NCBI GenBank assembly: GCA_964566225.1
Contig: CAZMHV010000001.1
Location: forward strand, 21,963 to 85,962
Reading direction: 5' to 3'
Length of the DNA stretch: 64,000 nt
Origin: an uncultured Gammaproteobacteria bacterium
GTDB lineage: Bacteria; Patescibacteriota; Patescibacteriia; Magasanikbacterales; UBA922
Position numbers and translations under genes: made by a program. Below the pieces are notes generated by a model. The model saw only the letters and a list, made by a program, of their open reading frames with translations. It had not been told where the DNA came from and made no database searches. Shown one piece after another: positions 1-8,526 of the stretch. Numbering within the stretch: the stretch's first letter is position 1; the number at the start of each line of letters is the position of its first letter.

Positions 1-1
1 G

Positions 2-304
2 TTTGAAGGCTGCGTGCGATACAAAGAATCAAAATATGCCAAGATGTATACACAAGAAGAGGCAAGTGCGATGCTTGAAAATTTTCCTCGTGTTGACGTG
101 ATGCTCGTGCATTGTCCACCGTATGGTATTAATGATGATACGACTGATATTGCGCATACTGGTTATAAAGGTTTATTAGATTATATTACTGTCCAAGAAC
201 CTCAATATTTATTTCATGGTCACACCTACCCAGATGTCCCAGTAAAAAAATGGCAAAATACAAATATTGAATATGTGTATGGAGATAAAATTATAACCAT
301 ATAG
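2..304 (+). CDS. metallophosphoesterase (calcineurin-like), C-terminal fragment; 5' end lies outside the window
   Basis: Frame is open to the window edge with no upstream stop. Motifs HCPPYG and LFHGHTY are typical of a metallophosphatase C-terminus. Confidence 0.5.
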   Translation, partial: FEGCVRYKESKYAKMYTQEEASAMLENFPRVDVMLVHCPPYGINDDTTDIAHTGYKGLLDYITVQEPQYLFHGHTYPDVPVKKWQNTNIEYVYGDKIITI

Positions 305-305
305 T

Positions 306-1532
306 ATGTTTCCGCCAAAACCAAAAAAAATAAAAACAATATATTTGGATCATGCTGCTGCGACACCTCTTCACGAACGAGTGTTGCGTGCTATGAAACC
401 ATATTTTTCAACGGATTTTGCAAATCCGTCTTCTTTGTATTCACTTGGAGTGAAGGCAAAAAAGGCGGTTGAAGCAGCACGGAGAACTGTGGCGGAAATT
501 TTGTTTACACAGCCAGATACGATTGTGTTCACGAGTGGTGGAACTGAGTCAAACAATATGGCGATTTTTGGAGTGGCACAAAAAGTAAAACGTGGACATG
601 TTATTACAACGAAAATTGAACATGACAGTGTGCTTCGCGCTGTGGAAGAACTGGAAAAACAAGGATTTGAAGTGACATACCTTGATGTGGATGAATATGG
701 TTTTGTTTCGGTTGATCAAGTGAAAAAAGCTTTGAAAAAAGAGACGGTTTTGGTTTCGGTGATGTATGCCAATAATGAAATTGGAACCATTGAACCGATT
801 GCAGATATTGGCCGCGAAATTGTGAAGTGGAGAAAAGAAAATAAAACTGCGTACCCATATTTTCATACCGATGCCTGTCAGGCAGCAGGAGCGCTGGAGC
901 TTTCGGTTGAAAAATTGCATGTGGATTTGCTTACTTTGAATGGCAGTAAAATCTATGGACCAAAAGGTGTTGGTGTTTTGTACAAACGACGCGGGGTGAA
1001 ACTTGGTTCACTCATGTTTGGTGGCAGACAAGAATTTGGAATGCGCGCAGGGACAGAAAATGTGTCTGGCATTGTTGGATTTGTGAAGGCTCTTGAACTG
1101 GTGCAAGAAAAAAAAGAAAAAGAAAATAAACGACTGGTGGAACTGCGAGATTATTTTATTACCAATATTTTAAAAATGATTCCGCAGGTTGAACTCAATG
1201 GTCCAAGTATTGTTTCAAATTCAAAAAAATACAAAAAAGAAAAAGAACAAATGATTCGTTTGCCAAACAACATAAATCTTTCTTTCAAAAATATTGAAGC
1301 CGAAGCACTCATGTTTTATCTCGATTCGTATGGAATTTTGTGTTCCACGGGTTCTGCATGTTCGACTGAATCAAATGAGCCGTCCCATGTGTTGACTGCT
1401 TGTGGATATTCCAAACAAAGAGCAGAAGCAAGTTTGCGTTTTACGCTTGGAAAAGATACGACGAAAAAAGATATTGATACTGTGTTGAAATATTTGTCAA
1501 CAATTGTGAAAGAATTTCGTTTGTTGAAATAA
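306..1532 (+). CDS. iscS: cysteine desulfurase, class V aminotransferase (IscS/NifS type)
   Basis: TSGGTESNN, LTLNGSKIYGPKGVGVLY (PLP-Lys region), C-terminal CSTGSACS active-site Cys loop. Lys-rich internal insertion. Confidence 0.8.
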   Translation: MFPPKPKKIKTIYLDHAAATPLHERVLRAMKPYFSTDFANPSSLYSLGVKAKKAVEAARRTVAEILFTQPDTIVFTSGGTESNNMAIFGVAQKVKRGHVITTKIEHDSVLRAVEELEKQGFEVTYLDVDEYGFVSVDQVKKALKKETVLVSVMYANNEIGTIEPIADIGREIVKWRKENKTAYPYFHTDACQAAGALELSVEKLHVDLLTLNGSKIYGPKGVGVLYKRRGVKLGSLMFGGRQEFGMRAGTENVSGIVGFVKALELVQEKKEKENKRLVELRDYFITNILKMIPQVELNGPSIVSNSKKYKKEKEQMIRLPNNINLSFKNIEAEALMFYLDSYGILCSTGSACSTESNEPSHVLTACGYSKQRAEASLRFTLGKDTTKKDIDTVLKYLSTIVKEFRLLK

Positions 1533-1624
1533 AAAACACCACTCAGTGGGTTCTCCACCTCGACTTTCTAAATGTTAGAAAAGCGAGGCGGGACACTGAG
1601 GGGTGTTTGTGGGGCAGCGGTGGA

Positions 1625-1849
1625 TCAGATCCACGCGCCGGGTCGGTTCGCCGCGAAGGGCTTGTCCGTCATGATGGACAGGAGGAGCGTCCCTGCACAG
1701 GCGCGATCCTCGCTGAGCTTGCTGTGGTATTTCTGGTGTTCTTCCTCGAGACCCCTGCGGGATTTCGGTTTGAAGAACAGGAACAGATCCACGGGCCATG
1801 ATGACTGAGTAAGATGGCCGCAATTGCCAGAACATTGACACAAAATCAT
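1625..1849 (-). CDS. small GC-rich hypothetical protein (74 aa), Cys/His-rich N-terminus (CQCSGNCGH)
   Basis: GGAGGT SD 6 nt upstream of ATG. Own TTGACT-17-TAAAGT promoter. Composition much GC-richer than flanks. No recognisable homology. Confidence 0.4.
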   Translation of the reverse strand: MILCQCSGNCGHLTQSSWPVDLFLFFKPKSRRGLEEEHQKYHSKLSEDRACAGTLLLSIMTDKPFAANRPGAWI

Positions 1850-1866
1850 GTGATACCTCCGGCACT

Positions 1867-1895
1867 ACTTTAGTTTCAAATTATAAAAAAGTCAA
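1867..1895 (-). promoter_or_regulatory. sigma70-like promoter (TTGACT-17nt-TAAAGT) for the 74-aa ORF; its -35 overlaps the sufB start region
   Basis: Hexamers read directly on the minus strand with exact 17-nt spacing. Confidence 0.4.
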
Positions 1896-1902
1896 GTATT
1901 GT

Positions 1903-3309
1903 ATGAAGCCCAAAAAAGCACAAATCACGCTCGATCGATCTCTCTACGACGACGCCAACACCGATCGATCCGTCTACAAAGCCAAACCAGGTGTTTCACG
2001 CGAGGTGATTTTGGAAATCAGTAAACAAAAAAATGAACCAGCGTGGATGCTCGAAAAGCGTCTCAAGGCTTTTGGGTATTACGAAGAAACTCCTGTGCCA
2101 ACATGGGGACCAGATTTATCAAAGTTAAATTTAGACGAAATTATTTATTTTATTCGTCCAAACGCGCAAGAAGAAAAAAAATGGGAAGACGTGCCAGAAG
2201 ACATTAAAAAAACTTTTGAAAAACTTGGAATTCCTGAGGCCGAAAAAAAAGCACTCGCTGGCGTGGGGGCGCAATATGATAGTGACGTGGTGTATCACAA
2301 CATCAAAGAAGATCTGAAAGCAAAAGGTGTTATTTTTGAAAACATGGATGTGGCGGTGCAAAAATATCCAGAGCTCGTGCAAAAATATTTTATGACGAGC
2401 TGCGTGCCGATCAATGATCACAAATTTGTGATGCTGCACGGCGCTGTGTGGAGTGGGGGAACATTTATTTATGTTCCAAAAAATGTGAAAGTTGGTTTGC
2501 CTTTGCAAGCATATTTTCGCATGAACGCAGAAAGTGGGGGACAGTTTGAACATACGCTTATTATTGCAGACGAAGGAAGTGAACTCGAATATATCGAAGG
2601 CTGCAGTGCTCCACGTTATACTACAAATTCTTTGCACGCGGGATGCGTAGAAATTTTTGTTCACAAAAATGCCAAAGTAAAATATTTTTCGATTGAAAAT
2701 TGGTCCAAGAATACATATAACCTCAATACGAAGCGTGCGCTCGTTGACCAAGATGCAAGTATTGAATGGGTTTCGGGAAATATGGGAAGTGGCGTCACCA
2801 TGCTTTATCCATGTTCAATTTTGCGTGGCCGAGGAGCACATTCTGATTCGCTCGGAATTGCATTCGCTGGTCCAGGTCAACACCAAGACACTGGTGCCAA
2901 AGCCATTCATGTGGCACCAAACACATCGTCAATTATTCGTTCACGTTCTATTTCGGTCGGTGGTGGTATTGCCGGATTCCGCGGACTCATTAAAGTAACA
3001 AAAAATGCAGTCCAGTCGACTGCATCCATGAGCTGCGATGCTTTGCTTCTTGATGAAGGTTCAAAAGCCGATACGTATCCTGCTTTGAAAATTGATACCA
3101 ACGATGTGTCTGTGGCACACGAAGCGCGTATTGGAAAAATTGGTGACGAACAATTATTTTATCTCATGAGTCGTGGCATGAGTGCAGAGCAGGCAATGCA
3201 GTTGATTGTGTCTGGATTTGTGGAACCGATTGTGAAGGCGTTGCCGCTTGAATATGCCATTGAGCTCTCTAAACTCATTGAACTTGAAATGGATGGGGCG
3301 GTGGGGTAA
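1903..3309 (+). CDS. sufB: Fe-S cluster assembly protein SufB
   Basis: 468 aa. Typical SufB sequence throughout (e.g. GAVWSGGTFIYVPKNVKV, C-terminal region). Confidence 0.9.
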   Translation: MKPKKAQITLDRSLYDDANTDRSVYKAKPGVSREVILEISKQKNEPAWMLEKRLKAFGYYEETPVPTWGPDLSKLNLDEIIYFIRPNAQEEKKWEDVPEDIKKTFEKLGIPEAEKKALAGVGAQYDSDVVYHNIKEDLKAKGVIFENMDVAVQKYPELVQKYFMTSCVPINDHKFVMLHGAVWSGGTFIYVPKNVKVGLPLQAYFRMNAESGGQFEHTLIIADEGSELEYIEGCSAPRYTTNSLHAGCVEIFVHKNAKVKYFSIENWSKNTYNLNTKRALVDQDASIEWVSGNMGSGVTMLYPCSILRGRGAHSDSLGIAFAGPGQHQDTGAKAIHVAPNTSSIIRSRSISVGGGIAGFRGLIKVTKNAVQSTASMSCDALLLDEGSKADTYPALKIDTNDVSVAHEARIGKIGDEQLFYLMSRGMSAEQAMQLIVSGFVEPIVKALPLEYAIELSKLIELEMDGAVG

Positions 3310-3318
3310 TTACTTTCT

Positions 3319-4515
3319 ATGAAAAACATAAAGTCACAATTTCCCATTTTTTTGAACCACGTAGATCTGGTCTATCTTGATAGTGCTGCGTCAACACAAA
3401 CACCACAAGTTGTTTTGGATGCGATGAATGAATACTACATGCAGTATCGTTCCAACATTCATCGGGGTCTGTATGACCTCAGTGCTACTGCAACCGAAAA
3501 ATATGAAGAAGCCCGAAAAAAAATTGCAAATTTTATTGGCGCAGAAAAAAATGAAATTGTTTTTACTTCTGGCACGACGCATGGACTCAATTTTTTGGCC
3601 TCCTCACTCGGTAAAAATTTAAAAAAAGGGGACAACATTGTTCTCACTCAATTAGAACACCATGCAAATTTGGTGCCATGGCAAATGGTGGCAAAAGAAA
3701 AAGGAGTGGAGCTTCGATTTATCAAAGTAGAAAATTTTGAAGTGAGTATTGAATCTGCAAAAAAATTGATTGATGAAAATACAAAAATTGTTTCGTTTGC
3801 ACTTGTGTCAAATGCACTCGGAACTCTTACTCCTGCAAAAGAAATTATTGAACTCGCAAAAAATGTTGGTGCAACAACAGTGGTTGATGCTGCTCAGGCC
3901 GTTGCACACATGCCAATTGACGTGAAAGAACTTGATTTTGATTTTTTGGTTTTTTCTGGACACAAAATGTATGGCCCAACGGGCATTGGTGTACTGCACG
4001 GAAAAAAAGAAAAACTCGCAACGCTCGAGCCATATTTTTATGGCGGTGACATGATTCGTGAAGTCACCTATGAAAATTCAACCTGGGCAGATATTCCTGA
4101 GCGTTTTGAAGGGGGAACACCAAATATTGCTGGTGCGATTGGACTTGGTGCTGCGGTAGATTTTATCAATTCAATAGGCTTTGAAAAAATAGTCGAACAT
4201 GAAAAAAATCTTACACAAAAATTTCTTTTGGAGTTACAAAAAATTGAAGGAATAAAAATTATTGGTCTAACAAAATCAGAAAAAAGAATTGGAGTTATTT
4301 CGTTTACTCTTGATGGCGTTCACCCACACGACGTAGCAGAAATTTTGAATCGTGACAACATTGCTGTGCGAGTTGGTCACCACTGCTGCATGCCACTCAT
4401 GAAACTGCTTGGACTTTCGGGTACGGTGCGAGTTTCGGTTGGGGTGTATACAACAGAACAAGAAGTTATAAAAGTTATTGAAGGAATTCAAAAAATAAAA
4501 AATATATTTTTATGA
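3319..4515 (+). CDS. sufS: cysteine desulfurase SufS (group II)
   Basis: LDSAASTQTP, FSGHKMYGPTGIGVLHG, RVGHHCCMPL active-site region. Stop overlaps next start (ATGA). Confidence 0.85.
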   Translation: MKNIKSQFPIFLNHVDLVYLDSAASTQTPQVVLDAMNEYYMQYRSNIHRGLYDLSATATEKYEEARKKIANFIGAEKNEIVFTSGTTHGLNFLASSLGKNLKKGDNIVLTQLEHHANLVPWQMVAKEKGVELRFIKVENFEVSIESAKKLIDENTKIVSFALVSNALGTLTPAKEIIELAKNVGATTVVDAAQAVAHMPIDVKELDFDFLVFSGHKMYGPTGIGVLHGKKEKLATLEPYFYGGDMIREVTYENSTWADIPERFEGGTPNIAGAIGLGAAVDFINSIGFEKIVEHEKNLTQKFLLELQKIEGIKIIGLTKSEKRIGVISFTLDGVHPHDVAEILNRDNIAVRVGHHCCMPLMKLLGLSGTVRVSVGVYTTEQEVIKVIEGIQKIKNIFL

Positions 4516-4904
4516 AACATATAATTTATACAATCATTTGGACGGTCGTAACCTCAACAATCGGATTGTTCGCGGGGCTCACCGGAGGAATGCTTCTTAC
4601 CCAATTTAGTGCATTGTCACTTCGCATTGGTGGGCTTGTGGGTTATGAAGCAAATGGATTTTTCCTTTCTCTTGTGGGATTATCCTTGGGTGGATTTTTG
4701 GGTGCGTGGAGTAGTCAAAAAATTTTAAAACAAAAAGGACAAAAATTCGTAGGAGCTCTTTTTGCTTTGCTCGGTCTTTTGTTTAACTTTTATTTTTCAG
4801 AAACTTTCGTCTATTTTCTTTTTCCAGTAGCGGTGGCAACGGCAATGAGTTTATATGGCTTTTATATGAAAAATATAACAACTGCATTTTTAAAAATGAA
4901 ATAG
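4512..4904 (+). CDS. small integral membrane protein (about 4 TM helices), function unknown
   Basis: Hydrophobic segments throughout. Translationally coupled inside the suf cluster. Confidence 0.5.
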   Translation: MKHIIYTIIWTVVTSTIGLFAGLTGGMLLTQFSALSLRIGGLVGYEANGFFLSLVGLSLGGFLGAWSSQKILKQKGQKFVGALFALLGLLFNFYFSETFVYFLFPVAVATAMSLYGFYMKNITTAFLKMK

Positions 4905-4905
4905 T

Positions 4906-5283
4906 GTGAGTGACCTTGACCCCCTGTACAAAGAAATCATCCTGGACCTCTATCGAAATCCGCTCAACAAAAAAGTGGTTCCTGAGGCAACCCACAAACA
5001 CAAAGAATTCAATCCAAGTTGTGGCGATGAAATTGAAATCATGATACAGTTTGACGAAGAGGGAAATGTGATTGATGTTGGGCACCAAGGACACGGCTGT
5101 GCCATTTCGCAGGCTGCGGTGTCACTTTTGACAGAAGAAATAAAAAATAAAAAAATACAAGATATTCAAAATTTTACCGAACAACAAAGTTTAGGACTCT
5201 TACCAATTGAGGTTTCTCCTAACCGCATAAAATGTGCTTTGCTCGGGTATAAAACACTTCTATCTATTACCTATGAAAAGTGA
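4906..5283 (+). CDS. sufU: Fe-S scaffold/sulfur acceptor SufU (IscU/NifU-like N-domain)
   Basis: NPSCGDEIEI and HGCAIS motifs carrying the three conserved Cys. Confidence 0.75.
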   Translation: MSDLDPLYKEIILDLYRNPLNKKVVPEATHKHKEFNPSCGDEIEIMIQFDEEGNVIDVGHQGHGCAISQAAVSLLTEEIKNKKIQDIQNFTEQQSLGLLPIEVSPNRIKCALLGYKTLLSITYEK

Positions 5284-6295
5284 AATTCCACCAATAAGAG
5301 AATATCAATTTACTCCTTTTCAAAAACAACTTCTTGATGTGGCAGAAAATTTTCAGCCTGGCTTAAGAGCTGAATTAGAGAATAACGTTTCATTATTGGA
5401 TCTTGAAGTTCGAGAAAAAAGACGTGCACTTATTATACTGGTAGAAAAAGTATATGAGGGAATAAACTTAGAAGATATCGCTCCAGAGATTCTTTCAAAA
5501 GCTGGAGTTGAAAAAATTTCTGAAACAGTATATCGAATCCAAATTGATTCACCCAAAGACATTCCTTTGCTCCCTACTGAGTTTGTATATGCCGGAGGCA
5601 CGGCACGGGCTTTGCTCCTGAGGTCACTTGGCATCGATGAAACTGCTTATCCTCGAGATTTTGATATTTTAACTTCGTTTCCTCTCGATCAAAATAATAA
5701 TTCTCCTCAAACCAAAGAAGTCGCTGAATTAGTGGGACATCCCGATATTGACTTTCAGCAGATGAAAAGTATTGAACATTATTTATCGACACGTGATTTT
5801 ACTATAAATGAATTATATGTGAGTGGTAATTCGTTGGTTGCCACCAAACAATGTATTCTCGATACAATTCGTGGGATTATTCGACTCACTGATTATGAAT
5901 ACAATGCATATGTAGAAGAAGGATTTTCGGATAATAAGCTTATTCTCAAAATGCTTCGATTTTATTCAGATGCACTTTCACGGGGTTTTGAAATGAATAT
6001 TGAGGAGCCAATGCAAATTGAACCCTATGGCTTATCATTATTTTGGATTGCTGTGAATATTGATAAAGCAATGGGTGTTGGGGACAAATCATTAGAGACG
6101 TTAATTATTACATTGAAAGCTGAGAAAGTTTTACCTGAGCATTTATTGACAACGGATGATATCTTACATTGGATTTATAAAGAAATGGAACCTCGAGGAT
6201 TTTATTTTCGGTATGTACCTAAGTCAGTATATAAACAGGAAGAAAATCTCATCCACCAAGATTTGCAAGATGAATATGATAAAAGATATGCTTAA
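5273..6295 (+). CDS. hypothetical protein, possible nucleotidyltransferase (Pol-beta-like GG..AR...D.D head motif); not SufD
   Basis: YAGGTARALLLRSLGIDETAYPRDFDIL resembles the CCA/poly(A) polymerase head domain. The start is ambiguous (5234 or 5273) and overlaps the sufU end. Confidence 0.4.
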   Translation: MKSEIPPIREYQFTPFQKQLLDVAENFQPGLRAELENNVSLLDLEVREKRRALIILVEKVYEGINLEDIAPEILSKAGVEKISETVYRIQIDSPKDIPLLPTEFVYAGGTARALLLRSLGIDETAYPRDFDILTSFPLDQNNNSPQTKEVAELVGHPDIDFQQMKSIEHYLSTRDFTINELYVSGNSLVATKQCILDTIRGIIRLTDYEYNAYVEEGFSDNKLILKMLRFYSDALSRGFEMNIEEPMQIEPYGLSLFWIAVNIDKAMGVGDKSLETLIITLKAEKVLPEHLLTTDDILHWIYKEMEPRGFYFRYVPKSVYKQEENLIHQDLQDEYDKRYA

Positions 6296-7016
6296 AATAA
6301 AAAACCTCCACGCCAGCGCCTCCGAAAAAGAAATCCTCCACGGGATTGATTTGACCATCAATCCTGGTGAAGTGCATGCTATTATGGGGCCAAATGGTTC
6401 AGGAAAATCCACTTTGGTGAACGTCCTCATGGGCCATCCAAATTATACCGTTCAAACCGGAGAAATTTTGTTGAATGGTGAAGATATTACCACTGCCAAG
6501 GTGACGGATCGTGCACGAAAAGGATTGTTTCTCTCCATGCAATATTTGCCAGAAATTGCTGGCGTTACGGTATCAAATTTTTTACGTACTGCAGTGACGG
6601 CACTCACGGGTGAAAAACAACATCCCGTGCAATTTCACAAAAGGTTGCTTGCCATTTTGGACGAGCTTGGGTTTGATGCGTCTTTTGCAGCGCGATATTT
6701 GAATGTTGGATTTTCTGGCGGTGAAAAAAAACGCCTTGAAACATTGCAGCTCAAAGTGTTGAAGCCTCAGTATGCACTCCTTGATGAAACAGATTCCGGA
6801 CTTGATGTGGATGCACTCAAAGTAGTAGGAAAGGGAATCAATGATTTTCGCTCACCCGAAAAAGGAATTTTGATCATCACTCACTACAATCGGCTCCTCG
6901 AATACGTGGTTCCAGATTTTGTGCACATCATGTATAATGGAAAAATCGTGAAAAGTGGGGGCAAAGAGTTGGCGCTCGAGATTGAAAAAAACGGATATGA
7001 AAAATATACCAAATAA
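6288..7016 (+). CDS. sufC: Fe-S assembly ATPase SufC
   Basis: MLKIKNLHASA...GEVHAIMGPNGSGKSTL Walker A, ABC signature SGGEKKR, Walker B LLDETDSGLD. The ORF-track N-extension overlaps the upstream gene, so the ATG at 6288 is chosen. Confidence 0.85.
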   Translation: MLKIKNLHASASEKEILHGIDLTINPGEVHAIMGPNGSGKSTLVNVLMGHPNYTVQTGEILLNGEDITTAKVTDRARKGLFLSMQYLPEIAGVTVSNFLRTAVTALTGEKQHPVQFHKRLLAILDELGFDASFAARYLNVGFSGGEKKRLETLQLKVLKPQYALLDETDSGLDVDALKVVGKGINDFRSPEKGILIITHYNRLLEYVVPDFVHIMYNGKIVKSGGKELALEIEKNGYEKYTK

Positions 7017-7017
7017 T

Positions 7018-7305
7018 ATGATTACCAAAGAAAGAGTCATCGAAGAACTCGAAACAATTTATGATCCGGAAATTAGTTTGGACCTGTGGACACTGGGACT
7101 CATTTACAATATTGAAATTGAAAGTGAAACCCATGTCAAAATTACCATGACGTACACGACGCCGCTGTGTCCATTTGGGCCGGCGATTAAAAACGAAGTA
7201 GAGGACGCTATGCATGATATTGGTTTCAAAACTGCAGAAATTGATGTGACGTTTGACCCACCTTGGAAACCACCAGAAAATCTCCGTACCATGCTTGGTT
7301 TGTAA
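7018..7305 (+). CDS. sufT: DUF59/MIP18-family Fe-S assembly protein (SufT-like)
   Basis: ETIYDPEISLDLWTLGLIYNIEI...TPLCPFGP is the conserved DUF59 core. Starts 2 nt after the sufC stop. Confidence 0.7.
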   Translation: MITKERVIEELETIYDPEISLDLWTLGLIYNIEIESETHVKITMTYTTPLCPFGPAIKNEVEDAMHDIGFKTAEIDVTFDPPWKPPENLRTMLGL

Positions 7306-7378
7306 AAAGAAAAAACAGCCGGTGAAGACTGTTTATTCTTATAAAAAAGATTCCAAATTTTTAGAACATTTTTGATAC

Positions 7379-7400
7379 GGGGCGGCTTTTACACCGCCCC
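7379..7400. terminator. strong GC hairpin (GGGGCGG-8nt-CCGCCCC) downstream of the 51-aa ORF; no adjacent U-tract
   Basis: 7-bp all-GC stem read directly. Lies 10 nt past the ORF stop on the minus strand. Confidence 0.4.
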
Positions 7401-7410
7401 AGAGTGAGGC

Positions 7411-7566
7411 TCAGGGCCCGCCGAAGAGGCGGAGCAGAGTCGTCAACCAGCCACCGTTGCACCCGATGGCGAACTCGCTGGCCTGGGCCGCGGTCGCCGT
7501 CAAGATGACGGTAGCGCCGGCGAGGACGTCGGCGTTCTCCTTGATCAGATTCATCAAATTTTTCAT
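7411..7566 (-). CDS. GC-rich small ORF, 51 aa (MKNLMNLIKENADVLAGATVILTATAAQASEFAIGCNGGWLTTLLRLFGGP), unknown function
   Basis: AGGAAA SD 5 nt before ATG. Very high GC3. Below the ORF-track length cutoff. Canonical promoter 120 nt upstream. Confidence 0.4.
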   Translation of the reverse strand: MKNLMNLIKENADVLAGATVILTATAAQASEFAIGCNGGWLTTLLRLFGGP

Positions 7567-7683
7567 GTCGTTTCCTAATCACTGTAGGATGTCGAAGAGA
7601 AAAAAACGAACTCTCCCGATGCCTCCTATTACGGAGGCCCTCGAATATACCTCATCACCGCTCCTTCTGCTGAGGTTCAACGC

Positions 7684-7712
7684 ACCATATCAAATTTATT
7701 TAATTTTGTCAA
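7684..7712 (-). promoter_or_regulatory. sigma70-like promoter (TTGACA-17nt-TATGGT) feeding a roughly 120-nt leader and then the 51-aa ORF
   Basis: Hexamers read on the minus strand. The leader holds an SD+ATG mini-ORF (MRYIRGPP), a GCCTCC/GGAGGC hairpin and a U-run. Confidence 0.35.
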
Positions 7713-7732
7713 GGAGTACTGTGGAAGAGTAT

Positions 7733-8038
7733 ATGAAACAAATTCGAGTCTGTGACAGCCGTTCGTGTACGGTTTTTGGCGCCCATTCTGTGATGGATGC
7801 AATTACCGAAGAAACTGGTTTAAAACCAGGCGAAAAAAACGAAAACTATGATGTGGATTGGTGTGGATGCCTTGGCTGGTGTTCTAATTCGCCAAATGTT
7901 GAAGTGGATGAAAAGCGAATTATTATGGAGGCTGACCCCAAAAACATTGTGCAGAGGATAGATAAAAACGAGGGTGAAGATATTACCGGAGAAATCATCG
8001 ATATTTTCAAAATGGATAATTTTTTGGGTGATTTATAA
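7733..8038 (+). CDS. thioredoxin-like [2Fe-2S] ferredoxin (NuoE/HoxF-N family)
   Basis: VCDSRSCTVFGAHSV...VDWCGCLGWCSNSP gives the four-Cys pattern. The real start is taken at 7733, not the upstream GC-rich extension. Confidence 0.6.
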   Translation: MKQIRVCDSRSCTVFGAHSVMDAITEETGLKPGEKNENYDVDWCGCLGWCSNSPNVEVDEKRIIMEADPKNIVQRIDKNEGEDITGEIIDIFKMDNFLGDL

Positions 8039-8095
8039 AGGTTGAAAAGTACTTGATGGTATGGTACTCTAGGTATCGTAAAAATAATTTTTTGT

Positions 8096-8440
8096 ATGTC
8101 TCTTGATGCTGAAAAAATAATGAAAGACAATAATGATAAGGCTGCAGCCGACGCCAGTGTGGCAGTGCCAGCAGATTTGCCAGAAAACATGTCACAGGGC
8201 ACTCGCAAAGCTGGTGGCAAAATTCGCCGTATTGTGATTGATCGTGCCATGTGTATTGGTGCCCAATCGTGTGTTGTGGTTGCCGACAAACTGTTTCAAA
8301 TGGACGATCAAAATCTCGCTTACATTGTTGACCCAGATGCGCACAACGAAGATGAAGTGTTGCTGGCTGCGCAAGCATGTCCAGTGCTCGCCATTTTACT
8401 CTACGATGAAAATGGAAAGAAAATTTTTCCTGAAAGTTAA
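8096..8440 (+). CDS. small ferredoxin (single [Fe-S] cluster, divergent type)
   Basis: IDRAMCIGAQSCVVVA...AAQACPVLAI. The 3' end carries a 28-bp sequence repeated at 9884. Confidence 0.55.
   Translation: MSLDAEKIMKDNNDKAAADASVAVPADLPENMSQGTRKAGGKIRRIVIDRAMCIGAQSCVVVADKLFQMDDQNLAYIVDPDAHNEDEVLLAAQACPVLAILLYDENGKKIFPES
8408..8435. repeat. 28-bp direct repeat copy 1 (GAAAATGGAAAGAAAATTTTTCCTGAAA)
   Basis: 27/28 identical to 9884..9911. The two copies are read in different frames at the 3' ends of two unrelated genes. Confidence 0.6.
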
Positions 8441-8526
8441 AATTCTTTTGGACAATACATTTTTCAAATTTCTAGATAATTTTTGGTTTTTGTGGTATTC
8501 TCTGATGAGAAAAATCTCATAAAAGT

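Noticed and set aside
5234-6295. Possibility that 5234/5273..6295 is SufD
   Set aside because: It lacks the SufB-like C-terminal beta-helix similarity. It contains a GG..AR...D.D nucleotidyltransferase-like motif instead.
7457-7732. N-terminal 92-aa extension of ORF 7457..8038 through the GC island
   Set aside because: It is antisense to the SD-supported 51-aa ORF and crosses its promoter. The ferredoxin-like domain starts cleanly at the ATG at 7733.
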